The notes: a model not told the origin generated them from the letters alone. Shown: positions 10,625 through 20,009, counted from the first letter of the stretch. The stretch: DNA of 61,511 nucleotides from Thermococcus sp. JdFR-02 (GCA_002009975.1 MTLP01000020.1:1-61511), one strand, 5' to 3'. Numbers and translations are program-made.

Positions 10625-11272
10625 ATGCATTGGAAAAGTTCTGAGAACTTGTGGAATTTACTAAAACCTGGAGAAACTATATTAATAGAGTATTCTGCAA
10701 GATCCACTCCATTTATTGTGTTTTATAGTTTAATACAATGGGCAAAAAATAATGATTTTGAGATTCTCATCGACGATATTCTGGATACATTATATGCGTA
10801 TAAGGTACAATTAAGCCTAGCTGGAATTGATTTGGATTTGTTTAGTGATTTGTTAGTCATAAAAGAGAGCGGTAGAGTGGAAGTTGGAAGGATTGTTGGG
10901 CGTATGGGAATTCGAGATTCTGCGATATACTGGAGTGAATACAATAAAATAATGAGACCAATTTTTGAGAGAGCTAAACGATTGATTATTAACATTATTC
11001 TTGGGATTGAAAAACTTTTTGTATTGGCGGATAGCAAAAGGGAGATACTTAACAATATAAACAATATTTTGTCCTGGACAGGAAATACAAAGAGGATAAC
11101 ATTTTATTTTATTAATACTGACTTAGTGAACACTCTTGGGATTGGAGTGCTCCCACTTCTTGAGGAATTAGCAAGTACGGTTATCAACGTTGACAAAGAT
11201 GAAGGAAGGGTAAAGCTATTAATAACAAAATCGATAAATAACGAGCTAGATGGGCTGGAAATAAACCTCTAA
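10625..11272 (+). CDS. DUF257-like protein (degenerate KaiC/RecA fold)
   Basis: GETILIEY, IDDILDTL and LEELASTVI resemble Thermococcales DUF257; GAGGTG RBS before ATG 10625. Confidence 0.75.
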   Translation: MHWKSSENLWNLLKPGETILIEYSARSTPFIVFYSLIQWAKNNDFEILIDDILDTLYAYKVQLSLAGIDLDLFSDLLVIKESGRVEVGRIVGRMGIRDSAIYWSEYNKIMRPIFERAKRLIINIILGIEKLFVLADSKREILNNINNILSWTGNTKRITFYFINTDLVNTLGIGVLPLLEELASTVINVDKDEGRVKLLITKSINNELDGLEINL

Positions 11273-11298
11273 ATTTTTCTTTATGATATTATAAAAAA

Positions 11299-11479
11299 TG
11301 AGGGGCATCATATAGGAGAAGGCCTCGGGGCGGAGGTTTCACCCTGAGACAAAGTTTACATCTTCACAACACGAACCTTATGACCTTGGGCTGATCATAA
11401 AGTCCATGTTTTTAGATGCAGACTTTGGGTCGAGGCAAAGCTTTCGCTTCGAAGTCTTCTACCTATACGATACCCCTCA
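11299..11479 (-). ncRNA. Candidate ncRNA or foldback element: 181-bp imperfect hairpin
   Basis: Two 87-nt arms around a 7-nt loop; minus-strand BRE/TATA at about 11500-11515; T6 tract immediately after the 3' end. Confidence 0.55.
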
Positions 11480-11675
11480 CACTAAGGTTGTCTTTGAAAT
11501 ATATAAAGCTTTTTATTTCTTAATTTTAATTTAGAACAAAGTAACATTTGATATTATTAAAAACAACTACCCACTAAATTGGAGATTTAACAAACGTTTA
11601 GATGCATATTGTCCAAATATTTGTTTTTAATGCTAACTTTAAATAGCAATACGCATGATTTATGTTGGTGAGTTA

Positions 11676-12719
11676 ATGCTTAAGTGCCAGAGATGTGGAA
11701 GGACTTATCAAAACACTTTCCGCCTAAAATGTGACTGTGGGGGAGTATTGGATGTCGTTACTTACTTTGAGAAACCCTTTGAAGAGCTTTTAAACAGAAA
11801 ATTTCTTGATGTGCGGAGATATTTGAACCTTTTACCAATAAGCAGAGATTTTCTGCCAAGTTTAACACTTCCAATTACTCCCATTATTGAAAAGGAGTTT
11901 GGTAATGTCAAGGCACTTTTTAAGCTTGAGTATCTAATGCCAAGCGGTTCCTTTAAGGACAGGGGGACCTATGTGACGATTGCAAAGCTTAAAGAGGAGG
12001 GAGTAAAAGAGATCAGCTTGGATTCCTCAGGAAATGCTGCAATAAGCTTTGCTCTCTTTGGAAAATCTGAAAACATTAAGGTTCATGTTTTCATCCCAAA
12101 ACACACAAGTGAAGGTAAAAAGAGAATTTTGAGGTTGCTAAAGGCTGAGATTCATGAAGTTGAAGGTTCAAGAATGGAGGTTCATGAGAAAGCCCAAGAA
12201 TTTGAAAAAGCTATTTATGTCTCGCATTGGTTCAACCCTTACTTCATAGAGGGCACAAAAATAACAGCATATGAAACATTTGAGCAGGGCAAAGTTGATT
12301 ATACCTTAATTCCAACGGGAAGTGGAACTCTATTTTTGGGAGTTTACAAAGGATTTAAGGAACTTTTAGAGCTTGGCTTAATTGAAAGGTTTCCAAAGCT
12401 TATTGCAGTTCAAGCTAAGGGATTTGAAAGTTTATGTGAGAGGAGTGAGGAGAAGAGCAAATTAGCAGAGGGGATAGCAATCCCAAAACCTCCAAGGAAA
12501 GAGCAGATGATGAAGGTTTTAAAAGAAACTAAAGGCTTTTGCATCTCAGTTGGAGATGAGGAGATTAAAAAGGCTCTTGAGGAATTAGTTTCGATGGGCT
12601 TTATTGTTGAACCAACTTCAGCAACAGTTTATGCTGCCTTTAAGAGGCTTTTGGAAAATGGAAAACTTAAAGGTAGGGTTTTACTTCCTCTGACAGGGTC
12701 TGGATTAAAGGTTCTTTAA
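11676..12719 (+). CDS. Threonine synthase-like PLP-dependent enzyme with N-terminal Zn ribbon
   Basis: CQRC..CDC, PSGSFKDRG (PLP lysine), SSGNAA, PTGSGT, VEPTSA and LTGSGLK motifs. Confidence 0.85.
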   Translation: MLKCQRCGRTYQNTFRLKCDCGGVLDVVTYFEKPFEELLNRKFLDVRRYLNLLPISRDFLPSLTLPITPIIEKEFGNVKALFKLEYLMPSGSFKDRGTYVTIAKLKEEGVKEISLDSSGNAAISFALFGKSENIKVHVFIPKHTSEGKKRILRLLKAEIHEVEGSRMEVHEKAQEFEKAIYVSHWFNPYFIEGTKITAYETFEQGKVDYTLIPTGSGTLFLGVYKGFKELLELGLIERFPKLIAVQAKGFESLCERSEEKSKLAEGIAIPKPPRKEQMMKVLKETKGFCISVGDEEIKKALEELVSMGFIVEPTSATVYAAFKRLLENGKLKGRVLLPLTGSGLKVL

Positions 12720-12748
12720 GTTTTGAAGGAAAAATTTCGAAATGTTTT

Positions 12749-12780
12749 TATACCTATAAGGTATAATACCTATGGGGTAT
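12749..12780 (+). promoter_or_regulatory. Tandem palindromic operator overlapping the promoter of ATPase A
   Basis: ATACC-TATAA-GGTAT (12750) and ATACC-TATGG-GGTAT (12766), 16-bp period. Confidence 0.6.
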
Positions 12781-12784
12781 AATT

Positions 12785-14131
12785 ATGAGATTCTATGATA
12801 GGGAAAGGGAAATTCGATTGTTAAAAAAAGGCAAGAGAATTGCAATAATTGGCAGGAGGAGAGTTGGGAAAACTAGGCTTGTGGAGGAAGCACTAAATCC
12901 AATAACCCTCTTCATTCCAGCAGAAAAGAATGAAGCTTTGGTATGTAAAGATTGGTTAGAAGAAATCAGGGAAAGAAGATACATTCCAGCATTAAATTCA
13001 ATGAAGGAGATAGTGGAATTTTTGATGAGAGAGAATGAAGTTATTTTTATAGATGAGCTTCAGAATGCACTGAAGGTCAATCCTTCCTTCGTTTATGACC
13101 TTCAGAGGCTTCTAGATAAATATAGAGAGCCAAAAGTTGTTGTTACGGGTTCATTGATAAGCATGTCCAAAAAACTTGTGCAAGATTACAAAAGTCCTCT
13201 CTATGGGAGATTTAACTACATCATAAAGCTTAGAGAGCTGGATTTTAAGACAATAACTGAGATAACGAGAGATTTGGGATACAGCTTTGAAGATGCAATA
13301 ATTTTGTGGTCGATTTTTGGGGGCTTACCAAAGTATTACGAAACCCTTGAGCACTTTAAGGTTTCAGTTTTGGAGTTTATAGAAATGATGTTCTTTGAAG
13401 AACCGTATCCAATGTTCAGTGAAGTTATTATGATGCTTAAAGAAGAGCTTGGAAAGGAGTATAAAACCTACTTCAGCATTCTTCAAGCGATTAGTGAGGG
13501 TAAGAATACGCTTGGTGAGATTTCTTCATATCTATCGACAAAGAGCACTAATCTGACTAAATATCTCTCCGCTCTTGAGAAGGAATATGAATTAGTCATT
13601 AAGAGAAAGAATGTCTTTGATAGGGGAAGGAACAGATATTACATCAGTCAAAACTTGATAGACTTCTGGTTCCTTTTTATGTGGAGAAATTATACCAAGC
13701 TTGAGAAGGGAGAGCTGAGGTTTGATAAGAACGAATTCAACTCCTACATCGGCAAAAAGTTCGAAGTGTTAATTGAAAACCTTGCTCAAAACTTTGTTCC
13801 ATTTGATGTTATAAAGACAGGGAAGCTTTGGGGTAAGTTTAAAGAAAAGGAAAAGGGAAAAGACTCATTTGAAATTGACATTGTAGCTTTAGGAGAAAAG
13901 GATATTGCTTTCTTTGAAGTTAAATGGGAAAATCTGAGCTTTGGAGAAGCTAAGAAGGAACTGGAAAAGCTTAGGGAAAAGGCGAATGCTGTAGGAGACA
14001 AGAGAAATAAACATTTAGTTTTAGTAGCGAAATCGGTTAAAGGAAAAGAGAAGCTGAATGCTTTGGTGTATGATTTGGAGGACATTAAGGGGATTTTTGG
14101 AGTTTTTGAATCAAAGGGCAAAGTTCCTTAA
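12785..14131 (+). CDS. Archaeal AAA-type ATPase + wHTH + DUF234/PD-(D/E)XK domain (ATPase A)
   Basis: FYDRERE, GRRRVGKT, FIDELQ, GGLPKY and EIDIVA..FFEVKW motifs. Confidence 0.9.
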   Translation: MRFYDREREIRLLKKGKRIAIIGRRRVGKTRLVEEALNPITLFIPAEKNEALVCKDWLEEIRERRYIPALNSMKEIVEFLMRENEVIFIDELQNALKVNPSFVYDLQRLLDKYREPKVVVTGSLISMSKKLVQDYKSPLYGRFNYIIKLRELDFKTITEITRDLGYSFEDAIILWSIFGGLPKYYETLEHFKVSVLEFIEMMFFEEPYPMFSEVIMMLKEELGKEYKTYFSILQAISEGKNTLGEISSYLSTKSTNLTKYLSALEKEYELVIKRKNVFDRGRNRYYISQNLIDFWFLFMWRNYTKLEKGELRFDKNEFNSYIGKKFEVLIENLAQNFVPFDVIKTGKLWGKFKEKEKGKDSFEIDIVALGEKDIAFFEVKWENLSFGEAKKELEKLREKANAVGDKRNKHLVLVAKSVKGKEKLNALVYDLEDIKGIFGVFESKGKVP

Positions 14132-14234
14132 AATTCATGCTTGCATTTGGAGGATGAGGTTATGATCGTGAATTGAAAGACTATTTAGCTGAGTTTTACT
14201 ATCATAAAACATTTTATTTTTACGAATTTATTTG

Positions 14235-14288
14235 CGAAAAATTTATATGCTTGATGCCATTTTAATTAAATGTCATTAAATATCATTA
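14235..14288 (+). promoter_or_regulatory. BRE/TATA and direct-repeat operator of the RHH-sat operon
   Basis: CGAAAA-ATTTATAT followed by tgccattt, tgtcatta and tatcatta repeats. Confidence 0.5.
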
Positions 14289-14306
14289 ACAGTGGAGGTG
14301 TTTTGA

Positions 14307-14534
14307 ATGCCGGAAGAAAGAAAATATACGACAGTTTCAATACCTGTGCAACTCTATGAAAAGATTAAGAAGAGAATTGAAGGTACAGGATTTACATCAG
14401 TTTCTGACTATGTAACATATGTCTTGAGGGAAGTTTTGGCAAGCCTGGAGGAAGAGGAGAAGGAAGAAGTTTTCAGCGAAGAAGAGGAAGAGAAAGTTAA
14501 GGAAAGGCTCAGGGCTTTAGGCTATCTTGACTGA
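14307..14534 (+). CDS. CopG/ribbon-helix-helix regulator with acidic linker and ERLRALGY tail
   Basis: TTVSIP...FTSVSDYVTYVLRE RHH pattern. Confidence 0.85.
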   Translation: MPEERKYTTVSIPVQLYEKIKKRIEGTGFTSVSDYVTYVLREVLASLEEEEKEEVFSEEEEEKVKERLRALGYLD

Positions 14535-14560
14535 TTTGCTTTTCTTTTTAGGTGGTAAAA

Positions 14561-15709
14561 ATGGTCTCAAAACCTCATGGTGGCAGATTAATCAGAAGAA
14601 TCGCCGCCGAAAAAACAAGGGAGAGAATTTTAAGTGAAGCCGAAGAATTTCCAAAAGTCCAGATTAGAGAGGGAGTTGCAATAGACTTGGAGAACATAGC
14701 CCATGGAGTTTATTCTCCTTTAACCGGATTTTTAAGGAGTGATGAGTTTCAGTCTGTTCTAGATACCATGAGATTACCCAGTGACCTGCCTTGGAGCATT
14801 CCAATAGTTTTGGATATAAGCGAGAAGGATAAAACCTTTGAAGAGGGAGATGCCATTTTGCTCTATTATAAAAACACGCCAATAGCAAGAATGCACGTTG
14901 ATGAAATCTATACCTATGATAAAAAGGAGTTTGCTCAAAAAGTTTTCAAGACAATCGATTCTGCTCATCCAGGTGTTGCTAAAGTCTATGCAATGGGTGA
15001 ATATTTAGTCGGCGGTGAGATTGAGCTTTTAAATGAATTGCCAAACCCATACGAACGCTATACTTTAAGACCAGTTGAAACAAGGGTTTTATTCAAAGAG
15101 AGGGGATGGGAAACAATAGTCGCTTTTCAAACGAGGAACGTTCCCCACTTGGGGCATGAATATCTGCAGAAATCAGCCTTAGCTTTCGTTGATGGATTGT
15201 TTGTAAATCCAGTGATTGGAAAGAAAAAGAAGGGCGATTACAAAGATGATGTGATACTAAAAGCTTATGAAACTCTTTTCAAGCACTACTATCCAAGAGA
15301 CGCTGCCGTTATGGCAATAGTTAGGTATGAGATGCGTTACGCTGGTCCAAGAGAGGCAATACACCATGCAATAATGCGTAAGAACTTCGGATGTACCCAC
15401 TTCATAGTTGGAAGGGATCATGCGGGCGTAGGAAACTATTACGGTCCTTATGAAGCTCAAGAAATATTCCAAGCTTTCCCTGACTTAGGTATTACTCCAA
15501 TGTTCTTCAAGGAGTTCTTCTACTGCAAGAGATGTAAAGCAATAGTTAATGAGAGGATTTGTCCGCATCCAATGGAAGATAGAGAGTACTTCAGCGGTAC
15601 AAAGATTAGAAAGATGATTATGGAAGGTAAAGTTCCCCCAGAGTACTTCATGAGGAAAGAGGTTTATGAAACCATAAAAGGCTTTGAAAATCCATTTGTG
15701 GAGGATTGA
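14561..15709 (+). CDS. sat: Sulfate adenylyltransferase
   Basis: PHGG, QTRNVPHLGH, YAGPREA and IVGRDHAG motifs; Zn-binding CKRC..CPH. Confidence 0.97.
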   Translation: MVSKPHGGRLIRRIAAEKTRERILSEAEEFPKVQIREGVAIDLENIAHGVYSPLTGFLRSDEFQSVLDTMRLPSDLPWSIPIVLDISEKDKTFEEGDAILLYYKNTPIARMHVDEIYTYDKKEFAQKVFKTIDSAHPGVAKVYAMGEYLVGGEIELLNELPNPYERYTLRPVETRVLFKERGWETIVAFQTRNVPHLGHEYLQKSALAFVDGLFVNPVIGKKKKGDYKDDVILKAYETLFKHYYPRDAAVMAIVRYEMRYAGPREAIHHAIMRKNFGCTHFIVGRDHAGVGNYYGPYEAQEIFQAFPDLGITPMFFKEFFYCKRCKAIVNERICPHPMEDREYFSGTKIRKMIMEGKVPPEYFMRKEVYETIKGFENPFVED

Positions 15710-15710
15710 A

Positions 15711-16643
15711 ATGCTAATAATTCACCACTGGGACACTGATGGCATTGCTTCAACGGCTTTAACCGTTAAAGCATTAAACTTAGATAAATTCATTAATCTA
15801 AGTCCGCCTATTGGAGAGTTCAGATTTGACGAGAGAATCAGGAAAGAGATTGAAAAAGCGGAGCAGATCTACGTATTAGATCTCAGCTTGCCACATGAGG
15901 TTGAGGACATTGAAAAAGAGATAGTTTTCATCGACCATCATATACAAGCTAAGATAAAGAACCCAAAAGTTAAGCAAATAAACCCTGCTTTGAATGGTGA
16001 ATATTCCCCTTCCGCTTCTTTTGTTGTTTCTCAATATTTCTCTTTATGGAATGAATGGAGTGCTTTGGGTGCTTTGGGAGACATAGGTAGGAAAGCATTT
16101 GAAATTCCCAAAGTTAGAGAACTCTTAAAGAACGCTGAAATCTCTGAATATGAAGCCTTCAGATTAGTTCAGCTCATTGATTCAAACTACATCGTTGTGG
16201 ATAGAAAAGGAGTTGAAGAAGCAGTTAAGGTTCTTCTTGAAAGTTCCACAAAGGAGCTCTTAGAATATGAGCCATGGATTAAGAAAGTTGAGGCAATAGA
16301 AAAGACGATAGATGATGCGATTAGCGGTTTGGAGCTTAAGAATGGATTTGCATTTGTAACTTTTGAGAGTCCCTTCAACGTAATCTCCAAAGTTGCAAGA
16401 AAAGCGGTCTGGGAACTTGGATATAAAGGAGCAGTGGTTGTAAATAGGAATTTTCAAGGAAAAGCCCAAGTATATTTTAGAATATCATCTGAGCTAGCTG
16501 ATAAAATAAAGATGAGCGAGATAATTTCAACCCTTAGAGGAAAGGGCTTTAACGCTGGAGGAAAGAGGGAGGTTTTGGGTTGCATATGTGAAAAAGAAAG
16601 AATTGACGATGTATTGGGAATAATTAACGCCCATTTGAGGTGA
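15711..16643 (+). CDS. DHH-family phosphoesterase (candidate PAP phosphatase)
   Basis: HHWDTDG, VLD, FIDHH and NAGGK motifs. Confidence 0.85.
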   Translation: MLIIHHWDTDGIASTALTVKALNLDKFINLSPPIGEFRFDERIRKEIEKAEQIYVLDLSLPHEVEDIEKEIVFIDHHIQAKIKNPKVKQINPALNGEYSPSASFVVSQYFSLWNEWSALGALGDIGRKAFEIPKVRELLKNAEISEYEAFRLVQLIDSNYIVVDRKGVEEAVKVLLESSTKELLEYEPWIKKVEAIEKTIDDAISGLELKNGFAFVTFESPFNVISKVARKAVWELGYKGAVVVNRNFQGKAQVYFRISSELADKIKMSEIISTLRGKGFNAGGKREVLGCICEKERIDDVLGIINAHLR

Positions 16644-16648
16644 TTTAG

Positions 16649-18061
16649 ATGGATGAAAAAATTAAAGAGAGCTTAGAAAATGTTAAAAAAGTCTTTGTAA
16701 TTGGTTTGGACTCAGCGCCTCCAGAGCTTTTATTTGATAGACTTTTGGACGATTTACCTAACATAAAGAAGCTCTTAGAAAAATCTATTTATGGTCCTAT
16801 GCAAAGCACAATTCCCGCTATTACAATTCCTGCTTGGATGGTAATGGCTACGGGAAAAACTCCTGGTGAATTAGGGCTTTACGGATTTAGGCATAGAAAA
16901 AGGGGAACCTACAACGACATTTGGATTGCTCACAGTTTAATGGTTAAAGAAAAAGCTGTGTGGGATTATATTGCTGAAAAAGGTAAAAAATCTATTTTAG
17001 TTGGTGTTCCTCCGAGCTATCCTCCAAAACCGATTAACGGTCACTTAATTTCATGTTTTATTACTCCAGATGCTTCTGTTGATTACACCTATCCAAAAGG
17101 TCTCAAAAGCGAAGTGGAAAGATTAGTTGGTGAATACATCTTTGATGTGGTCTTTAGGAAAGAAAACAGAGATGAAGTTAAAGAACAACTTTGGGAAATG
17201 ACCAAAAAGCGTTTTGAGGTTATAAAGCATCTCATCCAAGAAAAAGAGTGGGATTACTTTGAATTCGTTGAGATTGGGTTGGATAGGGTTCATCATGCCT
17301 TTTGGAAGTATTTTGACGAGAATCACCACTTACACGAGCCAAACAGCAAATATAAGAGCGTTATTCCCGATTACTACAAGCTTCTCGATAAAGAAATTGG
17401 AAAAACTTTGGAGCTTTTAGATTTGGATGAAACTGCCGTTATTATAGTCTCAGATCATGGAATAAAAGCCATGAAAGGTGCTTTTGCAATAAACCAGTGG
17501 CTTATTGAGGAGGGACTCTTGAAGATTAAAAATCCAGAGATTTTGAAGGAAAGAAGGCAGGTTAGGTTTAATGAGTTGGATGTTGATTGGAGCAAAACGA
17601 TCGCTTGGGCTTGGGGCGGCTATTACTCCAGGGTTTTCCTTAACGTTAAGGGAAGAGAGCCTCATGGAATTATCGAGCCTGAAAATTACCACAAAGTTAG
17701 GGACGAAGTTGCCGAGCTAATAAAGACTATTAGAGGACCAAATGGTGAGAAATGGGATACAAAAGTGTTCTATCCAGAGGAAATTTATCCAATAGCCAAA
17801 GGGGATAAGCCTGATATGATGGTCTATTTAGATGATTTGAACTGGAGAGCAGCGGGAACTTTGGGCTATGAAACACCTTACTTGTTGGAGAATGATCTGG
17901 GTCCAGATGATGCCGTTCATGCAGAATACGGGGTTTTTGCTCTTTATTTGCCTGGAATGGAAGAATCAAGGCAGATTAGCTTAACCATATATGATTTTGC
18001 TCCTACTGTGCTTAAGCTCTTTGGGATGGAGAAACCGCTTAGAGGGAGGAGTGTTGTATGA
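16649..18061 (+). CDS. Alkaline-phosphatase-superfamily protein (nucleotide pyrophosphatase/phosphodiesterase type)
   Basis: IGLDS, PAITIPAW (Thr nucleophile), DRVHH, SDHG and DDAVH motifs. Confidence 0.88.
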   Translation: MDEKIKESLENVKKVFVIGLDSAPPELLFDRLLDDLPNIKKLLEKSIYGPMQSTIPAITIPAWMVMATGKTPGELGLYGFRHRKRGTYNDIWIAHSLMVKEKAVWDYIAEKGKKSILVGVPPSYPPKPINGHLISCFITPDASVDYTYPKGLKSEVERLVGEYIFDVVFRKENRDEVKEQLWEMTKKRFEVIKHLIQEKEWDYFEFVEIGLDRVHHAFWKYFDENHHLHEPNSKYKSVIPDYYKLLDKEIGKTLELLDLDETAVIIVSDHGIKAMKGAFAINQWLIEEGLLKIKNPEILKERRQVRFNELDVDWSKTIAWAWGGYYSRVFLNVKGREPHGIIEPENYHKVRDEVAELIKTIRGPNGEKWDTKVFYPEEIYPIAKGDKPDMMVYLDDLNWRAAGTLGYETPYLLENDLGPDDAVHAEYGVFALYLPGMEESRQISLTIYDFAPTVLKLFGMEKPLRGRSVV

Positions 18062-18306
18062 ATAAAAGGGATATAGTTTTTATTCCTCATGCACTAGAAA
18101 GAATGAAGGATAGAGGTATCTCAGAAACCCTTATAGTTGAAGCTTTAACTAACCCAGATGAAGCTATAGAAGGGTATTTTGGGAGAAAAGTCGCCCAGAA
18201 GGTTATAGATGGAAAATTGATTAGGGTTATTTATGAAGAGCATGAAGATAAAATAATTGTGATAACAGCCTATATAACTTCGAAAGTTGATAAATACCTG
18301 AGGTGA
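18058..18306 (+). CDS. DUF4258 (RelE-like) toxin candidate
   Basis: FIPHALERMKDRGI...IRVIYE..IIVITAY pattern. Confidence 0.8.
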   Translation: MNKRDIVFIPHALERMKDRGISETLIVEALTNPDEAIEGYFGRKVAQKVIDGKLIRVIYEEHEDKIIVITAYITSKVDKYLR

Positions 18307-18311
18307 TTTGC

Positions 18312-18527
18312 ATGAAAATTTCATATGATCCAAAGTATGATGTTATGTACATCAAGTTTTCAGATGCAAAGATAGTGGATACCGTTGAAGTCGATGAGGG
18401 GATTATCATAGACTATGGTGAGCATGGGGAAATCGTAGGTATAGAGATAATCAACGCATCGGTGAGGATCAAGCCAAAACCCCTGAGCGAGATCACTATA
18501 AAAATAGAAGAACAAGCCGCTCCTTAG
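18312..18527 (+). CDS. DUF2283 antitoxin candidate
   Basis: YDPKYDVMYI..DYGEHGEIVGIEIINAS pattern. Confidence 0.82.
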   Translation: MKISYDPKYDVMYIKFSDAKIVDTVEVDEGIIIDYGEHGEIVGIEIINASVRIKPKPLSEITIKIEEQAAP

Positions 18528-18536
18528 GTGAATGTT

Positions 18537-19058
18537 ATGGAGGGCTTTACAATCTGGTTAACAGGTCCAAGTGGGGCAGGAAAAACTGTATTAGCTCACG
18601 CCTTAAAGAAAAAGCTCAAAGAGATGAATTATAAAGTTGAGATTCTGGATGGCGATGTTATAAGGAAAACACTTTATCCAAACTTAGGATTTAGCAAAGA
18701 AGCCAGAGAGATGCACAATAGGATAGTAATTTACATGGCTAAGCTGCTCTCAAGAAATGGTGTAGTAACGATTGTTTCCCTGATATCGCCTTATAGAGCT
18801 GTTAGAGAGTATGCAAGAAAGGAAATTGACCGCTTTATTGAGGTTTATGTATATGCTCCTCTCGAGGTTAGGATTCAGAGAGATCCGAAGGGGTTGTACA
18901 AGAAAGCCATGCGAGGTGAAATAAAAGGATTGACGGGCTATGATGGAGTTTATGAAGAGCCAGAGAACCCTGAGGTGAAGGTTGACTCTTCAAAGATGAC
19001 GCCGGAGGAAGAAGTTGAAGCTGTATTAAGGAAAGCTAGAGAACTGGGCTATCTTTAG
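18537..19058 (+). CDS. cysC: Adenylyl-sulfate (APS) kinase
   Basis: WLTGPSGAGKT, LDGD, ISPY, RDPKGLY and YEEPENPE motifs. Confidence 0.96.
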   Translation: MEGFTIWLTGPSGAGKTVLAHALKKKLKEMNYKVEILDGDVIRKTLYPNLGFSKEAREMHNRIVIYMAKLLSRNGVVTIVSLISPYRAVREYARKEIDRFIEVYVYAPLEVRIQRDPKGLYKKAMRGEIKGLTGYDGVYEEPENPEVKVDSSKMTPEEEVEAVLRKARELGYL

Positions 19059-19066
19059 GTGGTTTT

Positions 19067-19807
19067 ATGCTTCCCTTTATTCTTCTTGGCTTCATTGTTG
19101 GTTTTTTGGTTGGGTTGACGGGAATTGGTGGAGGAGCCTTGATGACTCCATCCCTTATCTTCTTGGGAGTTGAACCTTTGATAGCTGTGGGCACTGATTT
19201 AGTATATGCATCTATTACAAGGATTTTTGGCGTGCTCTTTCATTATAAGAAAGGTAAGATTAGACATGATTTAGCTTTAAGATTGTTTGCTGGAAGTGTG
19301 CCCGCAATTTTGCTGGGCTCTGTTTTGCTTAGAGTGATAGATAAGAACGCACTTAATCACTATCTCACTCTACTGCTCGGCTTAATCCTTGTTCTTAGTT
19401 CCTTTCTCAGCTTGATTAAAGGTGAAATCCACGTCCCCATAAGACCTAGGAGAGAATACCTCTATCTTTTGGGGTTTATTGTTGGGTTGACTGTGCAGTT
19501 CACCTCAGTTGGTGCTGGCGTCATAGTGAGCTTTGCGCTGATGAATTTAGCTAAAATAAGCCCGAGAGAAGTTGTTGGTGTTACAATATTTTACGGTTTA
19601 GCTTTGTCTTCATTCAGTGCTTTGAATTACGCGTTTTTAGGAGGTATAAACTATAGCCTAGCTTTATTGTTAATTGTTGGAACTCTTCCGGGAGTTTATT
19701 TGGGAGCTCATGTAAACGCAATAGTGGAGAGGGACAAGCTGAAAAAAGTTATTAATTTGGTAATCCTAGCTATTGGGTTTGTGATACTCCTTCAGAGGAT
19801 GATTTGA
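19067..19807 (+). CDS. TSUP/TauE-SafE family sulfur-oxyanion transporter
   Basis: GLTGIGGGALMTP, AVGTDL and TSVGAG motifs; about 8 TM helices. Confidence 0.88.
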   Translation: MLPFILLGFIVGFLVGLTGIGGGALMTPSLIFLGVEPLIAVGTDLVYASITRIFGVLFHYKKGKIRHDLALRLFAGSVPAILLGSVLLRVIDKNALNHYLTLLLGLILVLSSFLSLIKGEIHVPIRPRREYLYLLGFIVGLTVQFTSVGAGVIVSFALMNLAKISPREVVGVTIFYGLALSSFSALNYAFLGGINYSLALLLIVGTLPGVYLGAHVNAIVERDKLKKVINLVILAIGFVILLQRMI

Positions 19808-20009
19808 GTTGCAGTGATATTCTGAGCACTTTGAGTTATTTTGGTATATAAACGCGATCTAATATTTATAAACATTTGATTCTTCAAAATCAAAATATTT
19901 ACATGTTTCTTGATTTCATACAATCAATAGCAATATTTAATTCAGCTACCTTAATATTCGGCAATGATCATAGGGAAGTTTATCTTGACTTAAATTATTA
20001 AATAACCTC

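Noticed and set aside
11299-11479. Hairpin as a riboswitch for the threonine synthase-like gene
   Set aside because: It ends about 195 nt upstream, that gene has its own TATA-like box near 11637, and the hairpin's promoter/terminator signals point the other way
11676-12719. Cysteate synthase linked to the PAPS operon
   Set aside because: Same fold, but no diagnostic feature is visible, it is separated from the operon by an ATPase, and there is no sulfite-generating enzyme in the window
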